From NCBI RefSeq assembly GCF_964355755.1, contig NC_092676.1:29406871-29470870 (forward strand): a stretch of DNA of 64,000 nt, written 5' to 3'. Shown here in pieces: positions 1 through 12,987 of the stretch. Each line of letters opens with the position of its first letter. The first letter of the stretch is position 1. This DNA is from Antedon mediterranea. Lineage: Eukaryota > Animalia > Echinodermata. Position numbers and translations under genes: made by a program. The notes under the pieces were generated by a model, which saw only the letters and a list, made by a program, of their open reading frames with translations, ran no database searches and was not told the DNA's origin.

Positions 1-145
1 TTAAGACACAGACAAATATATATATATATATATTTCTTTTTTACCGGAGAAATCTTATGTAGGAGAATTTTACAGTAGGTGGAGGTATGCACTCTCGGAG
101 CGTCTTTCTATAGTTAACAAATGTTTTTTATCCCAATATCTTCAG

Positions 146-3100
146 AATTACTCAAGGTACTGATAATAGCTTTGCTCCGCAAGATGAGGGGAAGACATCA
201 CAGAAACCAGGAATGGATGCCATTAGAGAAGATGAGGGGAAGACATCACAGAAACCAGGAATGGATGCCATTAGAGAAGATGAAGAGATCGAGCAACAAG
301 AGTTTCAAGATGATGACAATGAAATTGGAAACACTGAACAAGGTGATTGTAAGTGAAACAAGGTTTCCAATTCTGCCTCCAGCTCTATAATACAGACCCC
401 TGATGGCCTCATTATCAGGAGTTTCGAATGAAATACTAAAGTGCCTTTTCAATTTTAAGACCAGCAGCGAAATTGGCCTAAATTCAGCCTAAATCTCTGT
501 CTACAGTATCAAAGTTTATGTGACCAAAAAAATGTGATCGATGCCCATAATATGGAATGAACATGATGATGTCATATCACTACCATATTTGGGTATATCA
601 CTACCATATTTGAGCATATCACACTTTTGTTGTTAAACAAGTTTGATAGTGTAGACAGAGTTTAAGGCTACAGTATATAGTTCATAAATTGTTAGCCAAT
701 CATACATTGTGTTGTATTACAATGAGTGTATTAGATTTTGCAGCTGCTTATAAATTTTGTTTTGTATTATCATTTTAGATGTAGAAAAGAAATTTATTGG
801 TCGAACATCCTCCAGGCAGGTAGCACCAACTGCAATGGCTACAGGCATCAGTTTGGCTGCTGAGGATCTCACACCAGTTTCGCCTCCAAGAGGTATCAAG
901 GGAAGCCAAGTAACACCGTCTCCACCTACCAGTAAACCAGCTTCTCCTCGAGGTGACCTCCCTCCCCCTAGATCACCAAAGGGCCGACAAACCACGTTTG
1001 CAGATTGTATGAACGAGGTCCGTGAGATCTCACCAGTTTACTGCAGTCATGACAATGCAGGACAGGAGCTATGTTACTTGTGCCATCAAAGAGCTGTACG
1101 CAATATACCGGTTAACTTTGATGCTGAAAGGCGACGCAAGGAACAGGAACAAGATCGTCTTTTACAACAGTACCAACATATGAAGGATACGGAAGATATC
1201 ATTGTAGAGCAGGTATGAAGTTTATTTCTCTATCAACTGTACTTAGGTATATGGATATCAGAGTGGTGCAGTTTTATTTGGTTTAGATGCTTGGCTACCT
1301 GTCAGATGCCACAATTCTTTACTCATGACATCTCATGACAAAAAACTATTTCATTCACTTTATGTGTCAAAAAATATGATGTGCCCATATATGGACATGA
1401 TGATGATATCATATCACTACCGTATTTGGGCATCTTATTACCACCATCTGGGCACATTTTGTCAAACTAGTTTGATAGTGTAGACAGAGCTTAAGACTTA
1501 TGTTTGTGTAGAGCATCTTGTGTATGTTTGCCTTGTGAACCCTCACTCCTGAATATTATTTCATTAGTTTTACATTACAATAATATTTAAATAGGCAAAG
1601 AATATGTCAGATCGTCATCATAGCCAAAAGGTGGCAGCATTCAATCTGGGTGTTTCCGAAGCAATCAAGCATAAGAAGAAAGAGCGCTCGAATGAATTTC
1701 ATGTAAGTGATACACACAATTCTTTTTTATTTATTATATGAATTTAAAAATATAATTTGATAATGTTATTAATATCTCATAATTTTAATCAAATGCTTTC
1801 TCTTTTTGTGAAACAGAGATCGTACCTCTTCCAACGTCGAGCCATCACACCTCCCAGTCATATCCGTCAAGAAGAGTATTCTAAGTTTTTATCCGGGCAA
1901 GTTGAAGCAAAAACAGCAGATAAGATGAGAAGAAAACATGATAAGGAATTTTTAGAACGGTTAGAACAAGTGCAATTAGCTGAAGAGTAAGTTGAGGTTT
2001 TATTACTTTTACAACAAAAAATAGATATACCATCAGAAATAATGAAAATGAATTTAAAAGAAATAATATACATATACTGCTATGGAGAGCTATACCCTTT
2101 GTTGGACATATCTGAGATCTGAGTTTTCTAGATCTGTGTTTTCTTACACCCTGTCATTTATGCTTCACTGTAAAAGTGAAATGAATATTATGTAAAATAA
2201 ATGAACAAACTTGGCATGAGGGGATATCTTTCTTTTTTTTCTATTAATTATCATTAAGTAATTGTTTGATGGTTTTCTCCACCAGACTTGCATCACAAAG
2301 AGAACAATATTTGATGGACAAAGTGAATCAGACCAACATGTACCAAAGAGCTCTATCTGCTCAGGTAAGGAGCTTGTTTGTTGTGCCGTCCATGCTTTGT
2401 TTGTTTTTCTTTTTTTGTGATGTTTGGTTCACACTTTCATCTATTTTTCAACAATTTCTGTTTGCACTTTTTATCTAATTTAATCATTTTATATTCTGCA
2501 CATTGTACTAATAATAATTTTAGATGTGCTTCTTGGGATTCTTGTAATATTCCTTAACTTAATTTCTAGGGCGGGGTTCAAAGAAGAGTGTTATGAGTGT
2601 CTATCTCAGTTGCCCATATCATCATTGATCTCAGTTAGCCATACTACTTGTCCTTTATCCAGTGGCTCAAGCCCTAGTTGCCCCATATCATCATTGATCT
2701 CAGTTAGCCATACTACTTGTCCTTTATCCAGTGGCTCAAGCCCTAGTTGCCTTTAGTTGACCCCGGATTCAGATGCCCAAGGTTAATCCCTGGTTGGTCA
2801 CTAGCCCTGGATTCAGTTGCCCAAGATTAGGCCATAGTTGGTAACTTTTCCTGGATTCAGTTGCCCAAGGTTAAGCCCTTGTTGCCCATGTTAAGCTCTT
2901 GTCCTTGATTCAGTTGCATAAGGTATCATGTTCCTAAACCTATGCTTTTTGTTTGCACATTTTCACTTGTTTGCTGTGATGCACTTTATCATTTTTAGAT
3001 TCACATTAGGGACAAGCTTTCTCATTGTCATGGCAACAAACTCAAAAGAGATAATGATTATGATGAGGCTGATGGTGCCGAGTTTGTCACACGAACTAGA

Positions 3101-4337
3101 AATTTGCTAGGCCCTCTTTCGCTTCCAGTTCCTAAAATCATTCTGCCCTTCTGCAAGACTGAGCCTCTGAGATTAGAGATGCCAGACAAAAAAACGGTAG
3201 CGTAGCATGGATTAAAGTTTGAAGATTCTACTAGATACTACTATCATCAATTAATCTAGACAATAATTGTCCAGTCATTAAATTATTTTTAATTATGAAG
3301 GCTGCTAAACAAACTGCTTTTCAAATTTCCAAATTTAATATGAACAGCTATGAAATCCCATTACAACTCTAGTCCCAAAAATGGTATTATTATTCAAACC
3401 GCCTTTGTTTTTAGGTTCGATTTAAGCCGCTTCCGCTGCCAGCAGCTGTCCCTGACTCTAAAGCTCCAATATTTGGCAAAAACGATGCTACTAATGAAAA
3501 GCTAGCTGAACAGCGCCGCCGTGCTATTGAAGTTTTCCGAGACCAACTCGCAGCAGTTGAGGCTTCACGTCAGAGTAAGGTTTTGAAGCATATCAAGCAA
3601 CAGAAAGAGGAGAGTCAAATCTTGGACCGAACACGAAGAGAGTGAGTAATAAACCTATTTAAGTGAATACTTCAAATTTATTTCAGTCAAATACTAAGGG
3701 AAATATCTCACTTAAGTGTGATTGGTGAATACTTAAATGAATCAGTAATGGAAGGATATGTTCAGGGAAAGGGAAACACTTTTAAAATTAAGAAAAATCT
3801 CCTGTGAATATAATTTATGTGAAATACTTAATATTTAATGGAAATATTAGTAAACTAATTAAATTCAACAAACATTTATACAGGCTTTTACTTCATACAG
3901 TCTGAACTAACAATGTACAGCACATTTATACCGGCTTTTACTTCATACAGTCTGAACTAACAATGTACAGCACATTTATACAGGCTTTTACTTCATACAG
4001 TCTGAACTAACAATGTACAGCACATTTTATGTCTTTATTTCTTCTATTTTATAATTGATTTTAATTTTCTAGACTTGTATCAGATAGAGCTGCAAGGCAC
4101 GAGAAAAGCTATGAAATGCGCAAGACGCTGGAGAACAGCTGGCAAAAAGCAGCGCATTGTAAACACAAGCAGGAAGAGAAGGATAAGTTACGAGTACAAA
4201 GTCCCGGAATTCTACTCCACGAACAATGCGAGGATTACCATCGCTGCGGACAATGCATGCGGCAACTCGCCAACTGCGGGGAATCGAACATCTGGAGTGA
4301 ATCGCGATACATACCAGGATCACGGCTTATGGTTTGA
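146..4337 (+). CDS. CCDC81: Coiled-coil domain-containing protein 81, 3' part (5' end lies outside the window)
   Basis: Phase-consistent GT-AG exons: 146-342 (or 348), 779-1212, 1595-1702, 1817-1986, 2286-2364, optional 2999-3196, 3415-3641, 4073-4337 (TGA). Contains ELCYLCHQRA and the C-terminus LLHEQCEDYHRCGQCMRQLANCGESNIWSESRYIPGSRLMV, which matches the CCDC81 C-terminus as I recall it. Confidence 0.85.
181..283 (+). repeat. Exonic 48-bp perfect tandem duplication (16 codons)
   Basis: aagatgaggggaagacatcacagaaaccaggaatggatgccattagag occurs at 181-228 and 229-276, in frame within a CCDC81 exon. Confidence 0.95.
493..662. mobile_element. MITE family 1 (PIF/Harbinger-like)
   Basis: Ends atctctgtctacagtatcaaa and tttgatagtgtagacagagtt, TAA on both flanks, internal atatcactaccatatttggg repeats. 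Confidence 0.85.
1261..1545 (+). mobile_element. Decayed tRNA-SINE with a MITE family 1 copy inside it
   Basis: SINE head (gagtgg...gatgcttggctac, 1261-1298) and body (gtagagcatcttgtgtatgtttgccttgtgaac, about 1508-1540) are separated by a MITE remnant ending gtttgatagtgtagacagagct at 1491. Confidence 0.65.
2608..2751. repeat. 69-bp tandem duplication
   Basis: cccatatcatcattgatctcagttagcc...gccctagttgc occurs twice. Degenerate ggattcagttgcccaag units follow to about 2920. Confidence 0.9.
3872..4027. repeat. 50-bp minisatellite, about 3 copies
   Basis: Unit acatttatacaggcttttacttcatacagtctgaactaacaatgtacagc. Confidence 0.95.
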
Positions 4338-5664
4338 TAGCCATCTCTAAATTATTTGGATCACCGATTTTGTAATTATTAATGTCAAGTGCTTTATATA
4401 TAAATATTATTGTATATTGTGGAGAATTGTTATTAAATATGGTTAAATACTGATAAAGACAAACTGTTTTAACTCTTGATTGTACAGGTTAAGAATAGTT
4501 TATTTATTTTTAGGATTATATCTATTTTTACTATCAATTTTCTTATAAGAAAAAGAAAACAAATGTATTAACAATCATGTGAATATCTATTTCCTTTTAT
4601 AGATATTAATAATAATATAAAACAAATTTTGTCTCTTAAACAAATATTTAGATTTACATCCCACTTGGTAATTTTAAGTGTTTGCACAATAAAGACCTTT
4701 GTAGAAAAAGTGTATTTTAAACGGTAATTAATGCTAATGTTTTTAAGTCATTACTTGTGGTGTGCTATGATTATAACCAAACATTAAATGCACATTAGCA
4801 AGACGTAAATCATGTTTGTAATTCACATTCCTTCCAAAGTCAATCCCACCAAAGATTAATTGTTAAATATATATAACCAAATTGTTTAATTTTATAAAGT
4901 AATATGTGCTGAATGTATATATTTATAGGCCTACAGTTGTAGTAATATTCAACAATATGTTAGAATAATACATTTTTAGAAACAGGGTGTATTATATTGT
5001 GTATTTGGTTGGCGTCTTTAAACCAGTTACGATTTTTAAAAAGATAGTTATGTTTTAACGAGAGGTATAATTCATAAGCCAGTTTTGTATTGAAATTTTG
5101 TGATTATTATTATTACCAATTTTATTTATAATATTACTCACTAGTTCATCGTTTCTGCATGGTATCTATTAACTAATTACATTATCATATTATTCTATTA
5201 TTACTGAATTCTACTTTTTCATGTTGTGTCAGCTCACAATGCTATGGCTTCCTTTAATTAATGATTCTTTATTTTTTATCAAAAAGTATGATAAATGTTT
5301 TCTGTTGCACTAAATATATTGTATATAATTAACGTGAGTTTATATCCATGTATTTCCATGAGTGAAATAAAAGAATCAAACAATGAACTTGTTTGTATAC
5401 TCAAACAAACGATAGTCAATAGAACTTTCTATTAACTATGAACAACCAATGGAATTTCCGTGGTTATTTCAAGATTATAGTCATCATTATAATCATCATC
5501 GATATTTTGGGAAGGTGGGTATTTCCGAAACATTTTTTGTTCACATTTTATACTAATTTAGGCAGACGTGTGTAGAGTTTATTTCTTGTGTTGTTCATGC
5601 ACCTGTTAGCTACAATTTTATCAATTTTAAGTCAATAGAAAGTTACACTGACGTAAGTACAATA

Positions 5665-6190
5665 TTATACAGATATTGACTGCTTAGAGGTTAAATATAA
5701 GATTTGACATCCCCGAGGGAATGATATTAAGTTCGAGGGAATATATATTTCCCGAAGCGCCAGCCGAGGGGATGTCAAATCTTATATTTAAGCGATATAA
5801 AAGGCAATATCTGTTATATTATATAGCCAAGAACAAGTCTGCTGGGTTGGGTGACGTGAAGCTAGGCTAGGCTTCCTCTATAGTTTCGTGGCGCAGTGGT
5901 TGAAACGTTGTCTTGTGATGGAGTGACAATTGCATCGCAAGTTCAAGATCAGTAGATGACTTGTTTATTTATCGGCAAACGCGAGTGTTGCACACGAAAA
6001 TTACACAGTCAATATCATCGTACTCGAGAATATATGATTAATGACAGGGGACACGATTATTACGCGAAAATTACACAGTCAATCATCGTTCTCGAGGATA
6101 TATACGATTTACGATCCTCGCAGCGGTAGTCATGTGATGCAGTTTCAACCAATCACATTCGTGTATTTACATAGGCTATGTAATATAACT
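5665..6190. mobile_element. Non-autonomous element with a long subterminal inverted repeat (possibly Crypton-like)
   Basis: Perfect 24-bp inverted repeat at 5691-5714 and 5768-5791, outer arms acagatattg/caatatctgt, internal direct repeat cgaaaattacacagtcaat twice, distal caaccaatcac end. The class assignment is inference. Confidence 0.5.
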
Positions 6191-7157
6191 TATTACAAAT
6201 GTAACGCACTTGATGCTGATTTGGCATTGTGGTCATTGCTGTATAATGCCTCTATATAAAAACGTATTCTTTTTATTTATTCAACTTCAAGATGAACATT
6301 AGTGAAGGGAACACCTTTAAAATGGTCCGGTCCCAATTGCACAGTGGCTGTATAGTAGTGGACTAGCATTTTTGTTATAAATAACGAATTGCGATATAGC
6401 TCTGTATTAAAAGTCACGCCAAGTAGAGTGTACAAACCCTGTAAATGACATGCCATTTGGCTATAACACACAATGCTTGTTCCAGCAGGAAAGCCGTAAT
6501 AGTAATTGTCAATTCTTACGCGGCTCGTTATCTACGAGCCAATTATGTTATAGCAGAAATAAGTATAACTTCACGTTTTCTGCATTGACACTACTGTACT
6601 GGGGGGGGGGGGGGTTAAGGGATGGGGGTGATATTGTATAAATCGTTCTTTGGTCAGATATGCCAAAATTTGACTATTTGTACATTTACTAAGGCAATCA
6701 AACAGCAGGGTGCTGAGCTCGACTTGCCAAGATGGCACATTCAATTGTTTTTTAATAGGCACAGACACAATATTTCAGATTTAATAGTAATTTTTTATAA
6801 TAATATAATACAATTCTATAATTATTTCATAATCAAATGTACATAATACAGTATTACAGATACAAAGCTCTTTAACTAATGTACATCATTACATAATAAA
6901 ACAATACAACAATAATACAAAATCCTATGTACCACAAACTGATAATACGTGAACATTACATCTCTCAGGGTAAAAATCCCCAGTTTGCATCCATTGATGA
7001 GCCGTTAATATTCCTATGATGCTGGGCAAATATTGTGTTGTTTTTAGTTGTGTTGATTTGTTAAATATTATTATTTGTTTTGTAGATCTGTGCCTCTATG
7101 CAATACAATCATTAATATTTAATTACACATGTATTTATTTTTCAGTAGGATTGAAGG

Positions 7158-7751
7158 ATGTTATCAATAGGCATGTATATGATTGTGTGGCAAACTGTTT
7201 TTATAATATTCTCAGACTCAAGATTTATTAAAAATTTCACTGAAGCAACTAACAGCAGAGATGTTTTAAAAACACACTCACCCACAAGCACGTCTGTACA
7301 TTATCAAGCTACGATTGGATGTGAATTAACACTTCGTTTCTCCTGCACCGGAACACCTTGGGATGTATTTCTGGTTCGGGTTCTAGATCATACAAAAATA
7401 AATTGTTCATTGGCAACAAACAATTGTAATCTGACTAATCATGAAGGCAACACAGTGATAACGTTTCTGAGTGTGACACTTGAAAATGCAGGAAATTTTA
7501 TTTTTCGATGCTATGGAGCAAGTTCACCTCATCATTACATTTCACACTTTGAGGTGTTTGTTGGTACTGGCGAATGTAGTGATCATGCGCCGACACAATC
7601 ACCAGCGGAATTTGATACAACCATCAAGCACGACAATTACAAAGTAGGCCAACCACAAGCCCCAAACGATGCTACAACAAAAACAAACAGCATTATTACT
7701 TATGCAGCTATGTGTCTCATTGCACTAGCTATTATGATAGATCATCCATAA
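7158..7751 (+). CDS. Single Ig-like domain protein, secreted or GPI/membrane anchored (197 aa)
   Basis: Hydrophobic N-terminus, LTLRFSC (B strand), ITFLSVTLENAGNFIFRC (E/F strands), FEVFV (G strand), Pro/Thr stalk, hydrophobic C-terminal tail. A splice acceptor (ttttcag, 7145) precedes the ATG and AATAAA follows the stop. Confidence 0.65.
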   Translation: MLSIGMYMIVWQTVFIIFSDSRFIKNFTEATNSRDVLKTHSPTSTSVHYQATIGCELTLRFSCTGTPWDVFLVRVLDHTKINCSLATNNCNLTNHEGNTVITFLSVTLENAGNFIFRCYGASSPHHYISHFEVFVGTGECSDHAPTQSPAEFDTTIKHDNYKVGQPQAPNDATTKTNSIITYAAMCLIALAIMIDHP

Positions 7752-9773
7752 AATAAATCAGCAACCGAAGCAATTTTAACAACCAGTGCCGCTGTGGCGG
7801 TAGAACTCAATAACTAATGATCGCCTGTGCTTCTGACATCAAGCATCAAGGACACAGGCTTTTTTCCATTCTATAGCAATCAGTTTAACCCGTGTATGGG
7901 ACCAGCTTCCCAGACCGTTGACAGATGCTGCAGTCCTAGAAAGCCCATCAGCCTTCATTAGAAAAGTTCATATTCATTTTGATTTGCTGTAACTGTATTT
8001 TGTCTTTACGTCTTTTATGTCTAAACTGACTTTGGGGTTGGGTCAACCGGCTCAGCTACAGTGATTAAGTTCACTTAGGTTGACCCTGGTCTCCCCAATT
8101 TCAGTTTTTTTTTGTTATGTATATACTCAAATAGACCAAATAAATAATGAAATGAAATGAAATATTATGTAGAAGATGAAATAAGCGCCACATCAATGTA
8201 TGTAATGTAAACGCTGTATAGTGTAGGCATACAGTGGCTACAAAAATGAGTAGTCATGCTGCAGGAATTCTCAACAGGCTGTTGAGTGCCCGCTGGTGCT
8301 TTATGTCCCGCCAAAAGATTTTTAGAAAATAGACAAAACAATAAATTCAAAAGCGTTTATATCCTCCATAAAGGCCCAAGGCCGAATCACATCATATATT
8401 ATTTAGACCTTTAGAACTATATAATTTGTGAGATTATTTATATTTACAACCAGGCTAGAAAATTGTTGAGAAGCCATAGATAGATACACGAGATCAACAC
8501 ACGGAAATTATAATTATAAAATTTATATTTTAACTTGCCCTAACTTGACCGTGATTATATCTATCAAATTCAGAGCCATAACTGTATATACAATGTACAT
8601 CTCTTCTGCATATTTTGTATTATCTTTTTAGCAATTAACGTATGTCACCCGACCGGTACTTATAGGCCCAATTAGACAACGTATGTATACCGGTACTTAT
8701 AGGCCCAATTAGTAGACAAGGTGCCACAGCAAATTGTTGAAGATCTAAATTATTTAATTTGTGACTTAAGCTGGTAAACATTAATAAGTTTGAGCACACA
8801 TTTAATGTTCTTAAAGTTTTATAAGTGTAATATTGCAGTTTATCTCTTAGTGTACGTGAATTATGTAATCCGATTGGTCAATATGTATGAGATATAATTC
8901 CGTATTACGCCCATTTACTCAGTCAAGCGGATCAGAAGGGTAATGTATCCCGTATTACTTGTTTGATGTTTCTACGCGCGCATTGTTTATGTATTGTATT
9001 TTTATCGTTGAGCGCATGCGTAGTTGTGATTTCAACCTGTATTCGACCAATTGCTTATATGTGTACACTACGAGATAAAATCGTTGCACCCTACTTGTTC
9101 TTATGAAATACGGGAAATATCTACGTTCTGGTTCCATATTCCAGACCTCATGGATTATGGAACCAGAATGTAGATATTTCTCGTTTTCATTGAACAAGCA
9201 GGGTGTAACTAATGATATCCATACCATAGATTTGGTGTTTAACGGCATTTATAATTTGTATGTACAGAACGTTAAGTACAACTATCGATCTCTTAAAACT
9301 AGAGAGGTCACCTGTTAAATCTTGATGTTTTTATTGCATATAGGAAACATTTTACTTATTTAGTTAAGTATATAGGCTTAGAAATTAGATCAGTAAATTA
9401 ATAGCAATGCATGGTAAACATTTAAAAATTAATAATCAACATCTGTAGCGATTACTTTTTCCGTAATTACGAATCTCGGTAGGCTGCGAATGTTTTGTGC
9501 TTTATCCAAACAAAGCTGTACACGGCGGAGCAATACCTAGACCAACAACTATTAAACAAAATAGTTAATTATTAATACAAACGAGCACAAATTTAAAAGA
9601 AACAAAATATTCATCATTTTATAAACCTCAATTGTAAATATAATTCCATTATCTTTAGTAATTTCTATTTTTCTGAAAATTAGGTATTGTATTTCTCTTA
9701 AAAGCATAATTGTCTGTACATAATCATTTAAGCTTAATCTAAAAAGAATAATTAATAAAAAGAACTTGAAAAA

Positions 9774-9984
9774 ATGGCAGGCCAACAACTAAGTTACTCA
9801 GTCATAGTTTTCAATTGGTGCCTTGCACTGTTGATTGTAAGAAGATGGCAGGCCAACAACTAAGTTACTCAGTCATAGTTTTCAATTGGTGCCTTGCACT
9901 GTTGATTGTAAGAAGATGGCAGGCCAACAACTAAGTTACTCAGTCATAGTTTTCAATTGGTGCCTTGCACTGTTGATTGTAAGA
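9774..9984. repeat. 71-bp tandem repeat, 3 copies
   Basis: Unit atggcaggccaacaactaagttactcagtcatag...gttgattgtaagaag, near-identical copies. Confidence 0.95.
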
Positions 9985-10700
9985 ATAAAGCATCGTACAA
10001 AAAAAGAATAAAAAAACTGAAATATTTATTTTTAAAAAAAGGTTTCACATTCCGTTCCTCAAATGACATTTTGTAGTAGCCTACTATTTGTAAAGTAGGC
10101 CTATTTACAAAAATTCAGTAAAAAGAATCACTGATCATTTCTTCCATCATGATCAGGGTCGCCAAGCGTTCCGAGTTTTGTATATACGGCAACAGAACTT
10201 TCTGGTGATGTACATCACAATTATATACATATTTTGTATGAATTCAGAAGGCATCTTGACAGACTCTCCGGAAAAATACTGTTGGATAGATGGCTCCATA
10301 GAGGAACTAGTGGGGTAACGGCTGAGTGTTCACTCGTTAAATCCGGAGACTTGGCTTCCCAACCAGGGACAAACATAACATGTTGATCTGGGTTTCCTCT
10401 GTTTATAAAGTTGATACACACACACACTGCACATTGATGCACCAATTCTTTATGGTTTTATTCACCATTCACAAAAACACGTTTAAAACATAAACAAAAC
10501 AAAATGGTTTTCAGTAAATGTTTGTTTTATTTACAAAGTCAAATGATATTTTAAATACAGAATTAAATAAACTTGCACATACATAAAATTAACCAACATT
10601 AATTGTTGAACATTAGGTGCATTTATTGGTTTCCAGGAAATAGTTTCATATTCAAATACTTTTTTATTTTGCAGTTTTTTTTGTTGCATTTTTTCATCGT

Positions 10701-12987
10701 TTAAAACAGTGCCTCTTTTATTAACTGTTTCTTTTCAGGTGTTAATTGTTTTGGGAATTCGATGTCAAATTGTATAATAAGGTTGCCTTTCTGCTTGGTA
10801 TCTGCAGACGAGAGTGGCATTCCTTCTCCAGGAACAATTTTTTGGTAGCCAGGGCTAGGAAAAAAAAAAAGCAGACACATTATACAATTGTGTAAAGGCC
10901 AATTTACACAGACGAGCAGCAACGGTAATAAAAGTATAGAGGTATGTTATTCCATATGACCATTTACACACAACGCGGAGTGGATGGGCGAATTCTGCTC
11001 AGGATAGATATGGATTCTACTTGGAACAAGCTTTCAGCTTACCGTTACCGCTTGTCTATATAAATTGGCCATAAGGATTTAAAAATTCAATTACAAAAAA
11101 ACAATTACCTGACTATGTCATTTATTGGAATATTCAGGAGACGGCCATCTAATGTTGGTATTTCCACACTACAGCCAGTTAAAGCTTTACCCAGAAGAAC
11201 CTTCGCTGTAAATATCAGATCGTTTCCGTTGCGTTTAAAGCGAGGATGAGCTTTGTCACGGACGATAAACACGATGTCTGCGGGAACGTTGTTCGGGCCT
11301 TGATCGCCCTCTTTGGGAAATGTTATCCTAGTGCCTTCTTTCCAACCTTTTTTTACGGTAATTGTTAAAATCTTGTCTCGTTCACTAGATGTATGGCCAT
11401 CTTCATTCATCACCTAAAAGATTTAATTTTCAAAGAATAATTATAAAGGAAACATTTATTTTCATGAGGGAAAAAAGCAGAGCTTAAAATGTCTGAAGCT
11501 CTGTCTACACTATCAAAGAAATGTTTTTTAAAAAGTGCAACCTTCACTTTGCTACTCATAATTGATATTGATAAATAAATTACTTAAATAAATAAATTCC
11601 ACAACTCACCCTCCTTGATATCTTCATCTTCTTTGTGCAACCATGAAATACCTCTTCTAATGACAACACAAGATCTCTTTCAATAGAGGCATCCTGCTTC
11701 TTTCTGCCTCTGCCATAAAGACCGCCAAATCCCATACTAAGATCTCCATCCACACCATCATAAAATTCTACCAAAAAAAAAAAAAACCCCACAAAATGTA
11801 AATGTTTGTTATCAGTAGATAAGGAATGTTAATAGGATGAACTCTATACTTCAAACTACTCAAGTATGGATTCCGTGGTCGTATTCACCAATCACCAAGT
11901 GATTTTACTTAACTAAATATATATTTAAGTATTTCCCTTAAATTGTATTCACTTAGATATGAGATTGTTTTATTTTAAGGGTAAGCGTATGAATGGTAAA
12001 TACAGATCTAGGATTGTTTAAACAGGGAAGCGTTAACAAATAATATTAATAGTCTATCAAAAATAGATAGTAGGGGGAAAGTACGCCCCTAGCGCTACCC
12101 AACTGGACCCTCCCCTGAGACTTCAATTGATTATGGAATTCTGCCAGCAACCTGATAACAAACGTAATTACCATTAAATGGGTTATCACCACCAAAAAAT
12201 TCTTTGAAAACTTTATTAGCGTCACCGTGGAACGTGTAGCCGTGTGTAAAAGCTCCTGTCTGTCCACTGCCCTCTGGAACGCCACATTTCAATCCTTCCT
12301 CTCCAAACTGGTCATACACAGCTTTCTTTTTACCTACAAAGAAATTGTGTTGAAAATTATATAATTTAAATAATTATCTTCAGATTCCTATTTATTTATT
12401 TTTGTTCTGCTTAATTGTTTGATTATGATGCTGTGAACCAACATGCTGGTGGGTAATGTATGTTGTCTGGTGATCAATTAAGGTACTTACAATCACTTAG
12501 AACATCGTAAGCCTCTGCAACGCGCTTGAATTTTTCTAATGTTCCTGTTTCTTGATTTTTGTCTGGATGGAATTTTAATGACAGTTTTCTATATCTGTAA
12601 TTTACAAAACACAATTATTAATTAAGATGAAATAAAATAAAGTGGTTAAAAAAGTCAGGGTATCTACAGTGCTGACAAGTAATTAACTAGCCTAGGCTAG
12701 ACAACAAAAAACCACCACCACTCTGACTTATTAATATTAGGGCTAGCCTAGGCCTACATTTTTATCTCTACCCAACCAACTGGACGTGTGTGACTGTCTC
12801 TCTGCTGTTGTTGCTGCTGCGGTCTGCATGCTGTGTGCAGCTAGCAGGGTGGGCAAAAAACTAAACCACTAAAACGGATTCAATTCTTTAAAAAAAAAAA
12901 TATTTATTATAACACTTACGCCTTTTTTATATCTGCATCACCTGCTGATTTGGTTAAAGTTAAAATAGCATAGTAATCTTGACCCAT
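10701..12987 (-). CDS. DNAJB13: DnaJ homolog subfamily B member 13 (radial-spoke HSP40, RSP16 family), complete, 316 aa
   Basis: Exons 12987-12920, 12594-12491, 12333-12172, 11767-11610, 11413-11109, 10854-10701 total 951 nt. [36 protein letters not shown] domain, [19 protein letters not shown]-terminal [29 protein letters not shown] and GEGMP. Confidence 0.93.

Noticed and set aside
5883-5958. tRNA-like sequence
   Set aside because: An A box is present but there is no consistent cloverleaf or proper T arm, and it lies within a repeat-like element.
6601-6614. G14 homopolymer and G-rich patch
   Set aside because: Simple sequence with no supporting context.
10221-10445. 74-aa minus-strand ORF downstream of DNAJB13
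   Set aside because: No recognisable domain. It lies beyond the DNAJB13 stop and putative poly(A) signals.
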